Assembly (NCBI GenBank): GCA_041649025.1 | Contig: JBAZNY010000002.1 | Location: forward strand, 70,694 to 134,693 | Source of the DNA: Bdellovibrionales bacterium | GTDB taxonomy: Bacteria > Pseudomonadota > Alphaproteobacteria > UBA9219 | Direction: 5' to 3' | DNA length: 64,000 bases | Shown here: piece by piece, positions 54,700 through 64,000 of the stretch | Position numbering within the stretch: position 1 is the stretch's first letter | Layout of the letters: the number at the start of each line of letters is the position of its first letter | Program-made: the position numbers and the translations under genes | The notes under the pieces: model-generated | Database searches by the model: none | Told to the model about the DNA's origin: nothing | What the model saw: the letters and a program-made list of their open reading frames with translations, nothing else

Positions 54700-56640
54700 T
54701 TACTCTTTCAGAGAGGCTTTGAGTTCTTCGAGTTCCAGCCAACGCTCTTCGGCAGCGTGGAGCGACTCCAGCGCCTTGCCAAAGTCGCGCGTAAGCTTGT
54801 CAAACAACTCGGCGTCGCGCGTGTAAAGACCGTGGTCGGTAAGTTGGTCTTCGAGATACGCGATTTCTTTTTCGAGCGCCTTAATTTTTGCCGGTAGCTT
54901 TTCAAGCTCGTGCTGTTGGGTGAAGGACAGCTTTCCTTTATCTGAGGGCTTTCTTGCGGAACGCCCCCCTCCCTGACCCTCCCCGCGAGGGGGAGGGAAA
55001 TTGTTTATGTTTTCATCTGTTGTTCTATCATTGCCATCTGATTTTCCCCGCGAGGGGGAGGGGATTTCTTTCTTATCTTTCGCCTTCTGCTTGGTTGCAG
55101 GTTGGGGTTTTTCTTTGCCTTTGCGCTTGGCGAGATAGTCCTGATAGCCGCCGATGACGGCTTCGATTTTGCCGTCGCCTTCAAACGCCAAAACCTTCGT
55201 CACCGTCTGGTCGAGAAAGTCGCGGTCATGGCTGACGACAAGCAATGTCCCTTTGTATGCCGCCAGCATGTCTTCCAACCTGTCGAGCGTGTCCATATCG
55301 AGATCGTTCGTCGGCTCGTCGAGAATGAGGAGGCTTTGGGGATTGGCCATGATCTTGGCCAACATCAGGCGGTTTTTCTGCCCGCCCGACAGGGCGCTGA
55401 CGGGATGATGAACCATCTTCGGGTCAAACAGAAAATCTTTCAGATAGCCGCAGACGTGGCGCGTTTTACCCATCACATCGACGTAATCGCTGCCGTTCGG
55501 GCACAAGACGCGCTGCATCGTATGATGCGGGACAAGGTCTTTGCGCTTTTGGTCGAAGTACGAGAATTGCAAATCCTTCGCGACCTTCACCTTGCCCATA
55601 GAGGGCTTTAATTCGCCCACCAGCATGCGTAAAAAGCTTGTTTTGCCGCTTCCGTTCTTGCCGATGACGCCGATGCGGTCGCCGCGCAGAATGCGCAAAT
55701 TAAATTTATCGAGGATGATTTTTTCGCGCCCGCCTTCGTTAAACGATAGATGCACGTTGTGGAAATCGGCGGCGATTTTCGAGGAGGCTTCAGCCACTTC
55801 GCCCGGCGTGTACTCGATTTTCGCCAGCATGCGGGAGAGCGCGTTTTTGTCGGCGCGGAGCTTGTCGCGTTCCGCCTTCATCAGTTCGACACGGCGGACG
55901 TTGCGCTTGCGGCGCGCTTTGACTCCCCTACTCGCCCATTCGACTTCGTAATCCAAAACTTTCTGGCGGTTGTGAAGCTCGCGCTCTTCCTGCTCCAGAA
56001 TCATCGTCGCCCATTCATCGAAGAACGAGAACCCGCGCGGACAAACTCTTAACTTGCCGCGATCGAGCCAGAAAATTTCTTCCGATACATTGGCGAGAAA
56101 AGTTTTGTCGTGGCTGATGCACATGACAGCGCCGATATAGGATTTTAAATAGGTTTCAAGCCATTCGATAACGTCGAGATCAAGGTGGTTCGTCGGCTCG
56201 TCGAGCAGCAGAACGTCGGGTTCCTCCACCAGCGCCCGCGCCAACGCGGCGCGGCGCAATTGCCCGCCAGATAAATTCGTCATTTGATCTTCGAGATGGA
56301 GCTCCAGAGGTTCGACGACGCGTTCGATCTTGTAGTCGTGGCTGCCGTCCTGATTGTTAAGCGCGGCAAAGATAAACTCGTGGACCGTCTGGCCGGGTAT
56401 GGGCACGACTTCCTGTTGCAGGTAGCCGATGGTTGAGCCTTGCAGTTGCCAGCGCGTGCCTGCGTCAAGTTCTCGTTCGCCCTTGATGATGTTCATCAAG
56501 GTGGTTTTGCCCGCGCCGTTCTGACCGATGAGGCAGACTTTTTCGCCCTGTCGGATGTTGAACGTCAGGCCGTCAAACAGCGTTTTGTCGCCGAACTGAA
56601 TGACGCCGTCCTGAACGGTAAGGAGAAGGGTTGAGGCCAT
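54700..56640 (-). CDS. uup: ABC-F family ATPase (Uup-like)
   Basis: Two ABC cassettes (GQNGAGKTT...LSGGQLRRAALARAL...LLLDEPTNHLD; GKNGSGKTS...LSGGQKNRLMLAKIM...LILDEPTNDLD) and a C-terminal coiled coil. The start is taken at MASTLL (56640). Confidence 0.9.
   Translation of the reverse strand: MASTLLLTVQDGVIQFGDKTLFDGLTFNIRQGEKVCLIGQNGAGKTTLMNIIKGERELDAGTRWQLQGSTIGYLQQEVVPIPGQTVHEFIFAALNNQDGSHDYKIERVVEPLELHLEDQMTNLSGGQLRRAALARALVEEPDVLLLDEPTNHLDLDVIEWLETYLKSYIGAVMCISHDKTFLANVSEEIFWLDRGKLRVCPRGFSFFDEWATMILEQEERELHNRQKVLDYEVEWASRGVKARRKRNVRRVELMKAERDKLRADKNALSRMLAKIEYTPGEVAEASSKIAADFHNVHLSFNEGGREKIILDKFNLRILRGDRIGVIGKNGSGKTSFLRMLVGELKPSMGKVKVAKDLQFSYFDQKRKDLVPHHTMQRVLCPNGSDYVDVMGKTRHVCGYLKDFLFDPKMVHHPVSALSGGQKNRLMLAKIMANPQSLLILDEPTNDLDMDTLDRLEDMLAAYKGTLLVVSHDRDFLDQTVTKVLAFEGDGKIEAVIGGYQDYLAKRKGKEKPQPATKQKAKDKKEIPSPSRGKSDGNDRTTDENINNFPPPRGEGQGGGRSARKPSDKGKLSFTQQHELEKLPAKIKALEKEIAYLEDQLTDHGLYTRDAELFDKLTRDFGKALESLHAAEERWLELEELKASLKE
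54963..55066. repeat. GGGGAGGGG-family palindromic element copies inside the uup coding sequence
   Basis: gcccccctccctgaccctccccgcgagggggagggaaa (54963-55000) and ttccccgcgagggggaggggattt (about 55044-55066). These match the elements at 12116-12240. Confidence 0.8.
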
Positions 56641-56703
56641 GGAGGAACAATCCTTTTTAGGAAAAGCATTCACCCAAGCGATTTCGGACAAATGAGCGCT
56701 TAC

Positions 56704-57195
56704 TTATGATAGAGCCGCCTCTGCTTCTTTCATGGAAATCATAAGGAGCCACGAGTTAATCGGAGACTCGCGAAATCCGGACTGTTCATAGAAATGCTTG
56801 GCTCTGTGGGAAAGGGCGCGCACGAAGATTCCCCTTATGCCAACAATGGCTGCAGCTTCTGTCGTTCGCCAAACGGCGTCCCGAAGAAGCGCTCGTCCTA
56901 GTCCTTGGCGTTGATGCTCTTGATCGACAGCAAGGCGTCCAAACAACATCATCGGAATCGGATCAGGCATATTGCGTTTTATGTTTTTGTAAGCTTCGTT
57001 TATTTGGACGGCTCCGGCTGAAAGACAATAGTAACCTATAACTCGATCGGCCTCGCAGATCACATAAGTTTTCGAAGCTCCGCTTTTTTGATTGGCGAGC
57101 GCTCTTTGTCGCAACCACATATCAAGAACGGATTCACCGCAGCTAAACAAGGTTATATCATGATCTTCCGTCAAAAGTTTGGGGGCTAATATCAT
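56704..57195 (-). CDS. GNAT-family toxin of a TacT/AtaT-like type II toxin-antitoxin pair
   Basis: 163 aa. FSCGESVLDMWLRQRALAN..., LAVDQEHQRQGLGRALLRDAV, directly downstream of a DUF1778-type gene. Confidence 0.8.
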   Translation of the reverse strand: MILAPKLLTEDHDITLFSCGESVLDMWLRQRALANQKSGASKTYVICEADRVIGYYCLSAGAVQINEAYKNIKRNMPDPIPMMLFGRLAVDQEHQRQGLGRALLRDAVWRTTEAAAIVGIRGIFVRALSHRAKHFYEQSGFRESPINSWLLMISMKEAEAALS

Positions 57196-57208
57196 GAATT
57201 GAGTTCTT

Positions 57209-57511
57209 TTACTCCCAAGGAGCCGCTGTTTGCATCAGTTTACGCAACTCTGCATTACTCCCTGCGGGAGCATCAAGCATAGCGACAAATTTCTTGTAGA
57301 CCCCCGGATCAACCTGAAAAAGGGTTTTATTTAGAATAGTGTTTATCGCTTCGCGGCGGGCAGCTTCAAGCATGAAATCGGAACGTGTTTTACCCTCGGA
57401 TTCCGCAGCTTGATCAATAAGCGCGCGATCACAAATCTTCGCGCGGATATTGATAACTCCGGTACGCTTGAGCATAGGCTTTTGTTTCAACAAATTCGAT
57501 GATTTTGCCAT
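57209..57511 (-). CDS. DUF1778 (TacA-like) antitoxin
   Basis: INIRAKICDRALIDQAAESEGKTRSDFMLEAARREA...FVAMLDAP is the typical DUF1778 pattern. Confidence 0.8.
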   Translation of the reverse strand: MAKSSNLLKQKPMLKRTGVINIRAKICDRALIDQAAESEGKTRSDFMLEAARREAINTILNKTLFQVDPGVYKKFVAMLDAPAGSNAELRKLMQTAAPWE

Positions 57512-57616
57512 AAGTCCTCCATGTATAAATTATACACCAAATGTATTGACAATGTGTATACAATTATTAGATACGCAGAAAAGAAGCAACTTATTGTTAT
57601 AACAACATAAATTTGC

Positions 57617-60262
57617 TTATTGACCTGTGAGCTTTTTCCACCAGCCGCCCTTGGGTTTGTCCGTTTCCGGGTTGGTGACTTCATACGGCGACGGGGGAGG
57701 CGCAAATTTCATGGGCTTGTTCGGCTGAGCCGGAGGCAAGCGGGTCGGAGCCGCAGAAATCGGAGCTCGAGGAGCCGAGACCGGCGCCGAAGCGCGGGGA
57801 TCGCGCGGCGTCGTATCGAGTTCGTGAACGCTCACGGGGATCACCGGCGGAATATAGGGACTTTGCGGCTCTCCGCCGTAGCTGGGGCGGCCTTCGTTTC
57901 TGTTGTCGGGGCGTATATCGTCCCGATTATCGCGCGACCCGTTATGGCGGTTACGGCCTCCGCGACGACCGCGACGGCGGCTTTGACGGCGGGGATCCTG
58001 ATGATCGTCGCTGTACGGCGTATTGGTGGGGACGCCCTCGCCCACAACGCCGGGCACAAAGGTATTGCCGATATTGTCTTCGAGTTGCGTTTCGGGAACA
58101 ATGGGATTGCCGCTGGGATCGACTTGCGGCTGTTGGTCCTGGACGGGGCCTGCGTGCGGGGCGCGATTGCGGTCGCCGCGATCGCGGCCACGGCCAAAGC
58201 GGCCTCTGCCACGACGAGGCGCGCGTTCGCGGTCGCCTTCGGGACGCGGCGCGGGTTGATAGTCCGCGCTTTCGGCGACACGCGTAACTTCTCCATCCGC
58301 AGGCGCCTCGGCAAAAACCTGATCGCTATCAACGGCAGGAGCATGGATTTTATTTTCGCCGCTTCCGGTCTTTGCGCGTTCGAGGCGGCAATCGGGAGGC
58401 ACTAGCGTATCGTCGCTGTGCAAAAACACCTGAAGAGTGTAGCGGGCTTCGATATCGTGAAGCAGGCCGCGCTTCTGGTTCAGAATATAAAGAGCGACGT
58501 TCGTCGGCACGTGAAGAATAATCTCACCGCCCGGCTGACGAAGCGCTTCTTCTTCGATCTGGCGCAAGATGGATATTGCGGAAGAGTCCACCGAACGGAT
58601 CATTCCCGTGCCTGCGCAATGCGGGCATTTCTCAAAATTAATTTCCGTCAGACTGGGGTGAAGGCGCTGGCGCGAAAGTTCCATGAGACCAAAAGCCGAC
58701 AAACGGCCTATTTGCAGGCGCGCGCGGTCGGATTTCATCGCTTCTTTCATGCGACGTTCGACGGCGGCGTTGTTGCGCCCGTCTTCCATGTCGATGAAGT
58801 CGATGACGATAAGCCCCGCCAGATCGCGCAAGCGCAATTGCCGCGCGACTTCGTCAGCCGCTTCCAAGTTCGTTTTAAGAGCGGTTCCTTCGATGTGCCT
58901 TTCGCGCGTCGCGCGTCCGGAGTTCACGTCGATGGAGACGAGGGCTTCCGTCGGGTTGATGACGATGTAGCCGCCCGAACGCAATTGCACGACGGGATTA
59001 TAAAGCCCGTCAATCTGCTTTTCGACGTTGTAGCGGAAAAACAAAGGAACGGGGTCTTCGTAAAGCTTAATCTTCTCGGCGTCTTCCGGCATGATCGAGC
59101 GCATAAATTCGTGCGCCAGCTCAAAGCCTTTGCTTCCCGCCACCAGAATTTCGGCAACTTCGGGCGCGTACAAATCGCGGATGGAGCGCTTGATCAGATT
59201 GGCTTCTTCGTAAATCAATGTCGGCGCGGTCGAAACAAGCGTCTGCTCGCGGATGTTGTTCCAGAGGCGCAAGAGATGTTCCAGATCGCGCTGAATTTCG
59301 GATGTTTCCTGCTCCATGCCTGCGGTGCGCAGGATGACCGCCATGCCTTCCGGCGTTTCAAGCTTGTCGAGGATTTCCTTCATCCGACGGCGATCCTGAT
59401 GGCTTGTAATCTTGCGGCTGACTCCGCCGCCGCGATCGGTGTTGGGCATAAGGACGCAATAGCGGCCTGCGAGCGACAAGAAGGTGGTCAATGCCGCGCC
59501 TTTGTTGCCGCGTTCTTCTTTGACCACCTGGATCAACATGATCTGGCGGCGCTTGACGACTTCCTGAATTTTATAGCGCGGGCGGCGTTGGCGCGGACGT
59601 TCTTCGATTTCTTCCGCTTCGACCCCATGGCCGCCGACGGTTTCGACGGGCGCCGGAATAAACGGAGGTTCGACAACGGCGTTGCCGAAGTCGGTGATAA
59701 GCCCCAAATCGTCGGCTACTGCGCCAAGATCTGCGGGTTGTTGTTCCAAAACCGCTGTCGATGCCAAAGGCGTCACGGGAGCGATGTTTTCGTCAATAAG
59801 GGCGGCGGGCGCTTCCGAAGGAAGGGGCGCTGCGGCTGTTTCCGAAACCGGAGAGTCGGAAGCTTGATCCTGGATATGGCCGTGTTCTTCGTCGTGTTCG
59901 ACGGCTTCGTTCTGGTAGGCGCTCATCTCCTCGGCATAGGCTTCGGGAGAAATTTCGACTTCATCCTCGCCGCCTTCTTCTTCCTCTTCACCTTCGTCGT
60001 GAGGGCGATCCGCCATCGGGATGCGGAAATAGTCGGGATGAATTTCGGTAAAGGGCAGGAAGCCATGGCGATTGCCGCCATATTCCACAAACGCCGCTTG
60101 CAGGGACGGCTCGATCCTTATGACCTTCGCCAGATAAATATTGCCTTTGAGTTGTTTTTTGCTGGCGCTCTCGAAGTCGAAATCTTCTAAACGGCGCTCA
60201 TCAACAATTGCTACACGTGTTTCTTCCGGATGCGTCGCATCCACCAACATACGCTTCGTCAT
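57617..60262 (-). CDS. rne: ribonuclease E
   Basis: MTKRMLVDATHPEETRVAIVD...GNIYLAKVIRIEPSLQAAFVEYG, GGYIVINPTEALVSIDVNSG, and a long Arg/Pro-rich C-terminal scaffold. The start is taken at the internal Met (60262). Confidence 0.95.
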   Translation of the reverse strand: MTKRMLVDATHPEETRVAIVDERRLEDFDFESASKKQLKGNIYLAKVIRIEPSLQAAFVEYGGNRHGFLPFTEIHPDYFRIPMADRPHDEGEEEEEGGEDEVEISPEAYAEEMSAYQNEAVEHDEEHGHIQDQASDSPVSETAAAPLPSEAPAALIDENIAPVTPLASTAVLEQQPADLGAVADDLGLITDFGNAVVEPPFIPAPVETVGGHGVEAEEIEERPRQRRPRYKIQEVVKRRQIMLIQVVKEERGNKGAALTTFLSLAGRYCVLMPNTDRGGGVSRKITSHQDRRRMKEILDKLETPEGMAVILRTAGMEQETSEIQRDLEHLLRLWNNIREQTLVSTAPTLIYEEANLIKRSIRDLYAPEVAEILVAGSKGFELAHEFMRSIMPEDAEKIKLYEDPVPLFFRYNVEKQIDGLYNPVVQLRSGGYIVINPTEALVSIDVNSGRATRERHIEGTALKTNLEAADEVARQLRLRDLAGLIVIDFIDMEDGRNNAAVERRMKEAMKSDRARLQIGRLSAFGLMELSRQRLHPSLTEINFEKCPHCAGTGMIRSVDSSAISILRQIEEEALRQPGGEIILHVPTNVALYILNQKRGLLHDIEARYTLQVFLHSDDTLVPPDCRLERAKTGSGENKIHAPAVDSDQVFAEAPADGEVTRVAESADYQPAPRPEGDRERAPRRGRGRFGRGRDRGDRNRAPHAGPVQDQQPQVDPSGNPIVPETQLEDNIGNTFVPGVVGEGVPTNTPYSDDHQDPRRQSRRRGRRGGRNRHNGSRDNRDDIRPDNRNEGRPSYGGEPQSPYIPPVIPVSVHELDTTPRDPRASAPVSAPRAPISAAPTRLPPAQPNKPMKFAPPPSPYEVTNPETDKPKGGWWKKLTGQ

Positions 60263-60683
60263 TTTAATCTCCCGCCGGAATGTCGCCCTGAGGGTGAGTA
60301 CAAAACCCTCTGGCGCCAGAATCGGCAAATTGGTTGTCTACACTACCGAAGTCCCCAAATTCGGGTCTTTCGGCACTTTGCGCGCCCCCTGCTCACCAAG
60401 AGCAAAACGAGGCCGCTTCTTTAATCTGTCCGTTGACGAGGATAACTCTATGAATTTCCTGCCTTTAACCCCGATGCGCGAACCATTCGCACAAAAAGGG
60501 CCGGAAAGCGAAGGCATGATAGACGGAACGTGGCGGAAGAGCAACACGCAATTTTTACCGTTTATTTTCCAGATAAAGCGTTACGCAATGGTCGCTTAGC
60601 ATGAATTGGCTCGTTTCTGTTATTTAGTTTCAATGTATTCCGATATAATAGCCCGCATAGTTAATTTCATATTGAGGATTTAA
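60263..60683 (-). promoter_or_regulatory. long untranslated region upstream of rne (candidate autoregulatory 5' leader)
   Basis: About 420 bp with no credible ORF between the rne start and the divergent gene. Long structured rne leaders are known in other proteobacteria. No structure was verified here. Confidence 0.3.
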
Positions 60684-61055
60684 ATGACCCCGACTGTTGC
60701 AGATCATACCCAGCAACTCTCTGTCCCTGCAGAAATTGGGAAAACCGCAGAAAATCTGTTTGCGGCTGGCATGGGCATTGGAACGGCGCTCGTTAGCGCC
60801 GATGCTTTTATTTCTGCCTCTAATATTATGTTTTCCAATGTTCCCGGCGCGGGGTCTTTGGTCAATCCGCCGAATATTCTTGGACTTTCTGCGGCCAGCC
60901 CGGCGCTTACGGCCGCGGTCGTTATTGTCAGCGTGCCGGTCGGGATGCTTGGACTCGGCGCCTTTCTTGCTTACGGCGCGGGTGCAGAAGCCTGTGTCAG
61001 GAGAGCAGGCGCGGCAATTTTAAATAAAATCAATCCCCTCACAAACGTTCTTTAA
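60684..61055 (+). CDS. hypothetical Gly/Ala-rich membrane protein
   Basis: 123 aa with hydrophobic Gly/Ala-rich stretches. The C-terminal half resembles that of the next ORF. Confidence 0.4.
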   Translation: MTPTVADHTQQLSVPAEIGKTAENLFAAGMGIGTALVSADAFISASNIMFSNVPGAGSLVNPPNILGLSAASPALTAAVVIVSVPVGMLGLGAFLAYGAGAEACVRRAGAAILNKINPLTNVL

Positions 61056-61180
61056 CAACACGAGAAAAAATGATGTCGGACAATAGCAATACAAATAACA
61101 ACCAAAATGATCACCTGTCATTAGCGGGAAGCATTGCGTGATTAGTTCCGTCAGGGGCGGCTCTTTATGCAGGCGCCAGC

Positions 61181-61465
61181 ATGTTTGGCGGCACTCTTCG
61201 AGCGACTAACGGCAACCTCTTTCAAACGGCCAAACCCGCAACGATCAATCTTGTTACCGATCCTACCCTGTTGCCAAATATTGCGGCTGCTACCTGGAAA
61301 TTCGTCGCAGCGAATCCCGGTGCTGCGCCTATCGTCGGCATCCTTGGCATGGCCATCATGGCCGCCGGTTTTGTTTGCGGAAGCGAATGTGTTGTGATCG
61401 CAAGTGATGCCGTCAATAGGCTGCGTTTAAGAAAAAATGCTGTCCAAACGCTCGGGGCTCATTAA
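61181..61465 (+). CDS. hypothetical Gly/Ala-rich membrane protein
   Basis: 94 aa. ILGMAIMAAGFVCGSECVV compares with LGLGAFLAYGAGAEACV in the preceding ORF. Confidence 0.35.
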   Translation: MFGGTLRATNGNLFQTAKPATINLVTDPTLLPNIAAATWKFVAANPGAAPIVGILGMAIMAAGFVCGSECVVIASDAVNRLRLRKNAVQTLGAH

Positions 61466-61486
61466 GCGACAATAAAATCTACGCCA

Positions 61487-61641
61487 GTTTTTTGATCTGC
61501 TTCGCAATCAGGTGAAGGACTTCCTTGACGCGCGTATGGGCGACGGCAAAGAGGGCGTGGACGGGTTTTTTCGTCACTTTCTTGAGCGCGGCGACTTTCT
61601 TTTTAATTTCGGCGGCGTCTAAGGCACTGCATTTGTTGAAG
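61487..61641 (-). pseudogene. displaced duplicate of the obg 3' end (last roughly 50 codons)
   Basis: About 155 bp aligns by eye with 62851-63005 at roughly 85-90 percent identity (gttttttgatctgcttcgcaatcaggtgaag...ggcggcgtctaaggc). Confidence 0.8.
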
Positions 61642-61821
61642 TTAGCTTTTACTGCAAAGCCATTTTTAAAGCGCCCTTTTTATCCACAGCTTATTTCAGA
61701 CCTAATTTTATTTCTCGCGTTGACAAAAAATAGCAACAATGCAATCGAAAGGCGTTTGAATTTATTGATGCGGATTCATTTTTCGAAATGAAACGTTCCT
61801 TATCACTCCAGATCGAGGGAA

Positions 61822-62511
61822 ATGACAATGAAGAAATTATTACTCGCTGTTCTTGCCGTTCTGGCGCTGACGGCTCCCGCACAAGCGGCAACGGTAGGCA
61901 TCGCGTCAGTCGGCGCGCTTGGCACGACCGATACTTATGATTGGGGCCAATTGGGAGACGCTTTCCAAGAGCTTTCAAGCCCACAGAACGTCACATCGAA
62001 CGGCGGGGCAACGGCTGTTGTCAGTTCGGATGGGGCTCTCGCACGGTTTGATCAAGGCATAGAGTGGAGCGGAAATTTTCCGAACGGCGAAAAGCTACTT
62101 TACAGCAGCCCTTACGGCTTTGCTTTCTCGCTTACGAATCCCGTTCAAGGCATTGGTATGCAGATTCAGCCTAATTACTTCGGTTCGTTTGTCGCCGAGA
62201 TTACGGCTTATGATTCAAACGATACGGTTCTCGGAACCTTTATGGAACCCGGTTCTTCCACCTACAATGAAATTGGCGACGGTATTTTTCTCGGTGTTTT
62301 GAGCGATCTGATAAACATCTCGAAAATTGGACTCGTTGTGTACGACCCTGCCGCCTTTCAAGAGGATGGCTCTATAGAACCCGGTTATCTGTTAGATTTT
62401 GCCGTCGGCACTGTTTATACCACCGTGCCCGCCGTGCCCCTTCCGGCTGCCCTGCCCCTGTTTGCGGGCGGATTGCTGGGCTTGGGCTTGTTCAAGCGCA
62501 GGAAGGCGTAA
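61822..62511 (+). CDS. secreted protein with a VPLPA-CTERM (PEP-CTERM-like) sorting signal
   Basis: Signal peptide MKKLLLAVLAVLALTAPAQA. The C-terminus VPAVPLPAALPLFAGGLLGLGLFKRRKA has the motif, a TM helix and a basic tail. Confidence 0.8.
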   Translation: MTMKKLLLAVLAVLALTAPAQAATVGIASVGALGTTDTYDWGQLGDAFQELSSPQNVTSNGGATAVVSSDGALARFDQGIEWSGNFPNGEKLLYSSPYGFAFSLTNPVQGIGMQIQPNYFGSFVAEITAYDSNDTVLGTFMEPGSSTYNEIGDGIFLGVLSDLINISKIGLVVYDPAAFQEDGSIEPGYLLDFAVGTVYTTVPAVPLPAALPLFAGGLLGLGLFKRRKA

Positions 62512-62541
62512 AAAAGCCCGTTTAGGCTTTCTGAAGAAATT

Positions 62542-62574
62542 CTCCCCGCACGGAAACGAGCGGGGAGTTTTTTT
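62542..62574 (+). terminator. rho-independent terminator
   Basis: ctccccg-cacggaaacga-gcggggag followed by ttttttt, 30 bp after the stop of the VPLPA-CTERM gene. Confidence 0.8.
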
Positions 62575-62638
62575 GTCTTTTTGGCGCGGGTCGATGCGGA
62601 CATTATCGCGGCGGCGGAGAGAGATAAAAAAAACAAAT

Positions 62639-62825
62639 TGGATTCCGGATAAATTCGCATTTTTGCAAGAGCAAAAAAGCGAATTTTCCGGAATGACGAA
62701 GGAGGAGTGGAGGCGAATTATTTCTGTTTGCAAAAGAAACGACTCTTGCCGCGCGGACGCGCGGCGCTGGATTCCCGCTTTCGCGGGAATGACGATAGCG
62801 GGGAGCGCGAACGTCGGAATGACGA
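62639..62825. repeat. second cluster of ggattcc...ggaatgacgaa-family palindromic units
   Basis: ggattccggataaattcgcatttttgcaagagcaaaaaagcgaattttccggaatgacgaa and cttgccgcgcggacgcgcggcgctggattcccgctttcgcgggaatgacga. Confidence 0.85.
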
Positions 62826-62843
62826 GACTTTACGACCCGTTAA

Positions 62844-63998
<1,155 letters not shown>

Positions 63999-64000
63999 CA

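Noticed and set aside
58418-60190. A 590 aa plus-strand ORF, plus 57620-58405 (261 aa) and other long ORFs antisense to rne.
   Set aside because: The minus strand encodes an unmistakable RNase E. The antisense translations are low-complexity and Arg/Ala/Gly-rich with no motifs, which is typical of shadow ORFs in GC-rich coding DNA.

Overview
This 64 kb window looks like chromosomal DNA from an alphaproteobacterium-like organism. The evidence is the glyQ/glyS two-subunit GlyRS, the rpsM-rpsK-rpoA-rplQ block, RNase E, CgtA/Obg and SMC. The housekeeping genes I can call are rbfA, alaS, coaX, rpsM, rpsK, rpoA, rplQ, smc, an ABC-F uup-like gene, rne and obg, plus tRNA-Gln(UUG) and tRNA-Ser(GCU). 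Four things stand out. (1) A roughly 16.4 kb accessory segment sits directly 3' of tRNA-Ser. It is bounded by exact and near-exact direct repeats of the last 19 nt of the tRNA. It carries a tightly coupled minus-strand cluster I cannot assign to any known pathway: LuxR-type regulator, radical-SAM/PDZ/DUF512 protein, glyQ, glyS, second radical-SAM enzyme, Dcd-like protein (catalytic Glu replaced by Gln), stand-alone AlaRS-catalytic-core paralogue, second Dcd-like protein, prolyl-aminopeptidase-family hydrolase and Nudix hydrolase. (2) A hybrid histidine kinase has an N-terminus that is a [FeFe]-hydrogenase-like domain with H-cluster motifs L2 and L3 intact and L1 reading ACP instead of CCP. It is followed by an aspartase-family lyase translationally coupled to the hydrogenase maturase hydF. 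(3) An archaeal-type phosphopantothenate synthetase homologue lies directly upstream of coaX. (4) Two families of short palindromic repeats are present, one of them inserted in frame in the uup coding sequence. A 155 bp duplication of the obg 3' end also brackets a small cassette encoding a VPLPA-CTERM protein. All calls come from reading the ORF translations and the DNA by eye. No database search, HMM scan or GC calculation was run, so functional names are motif-level inferences.
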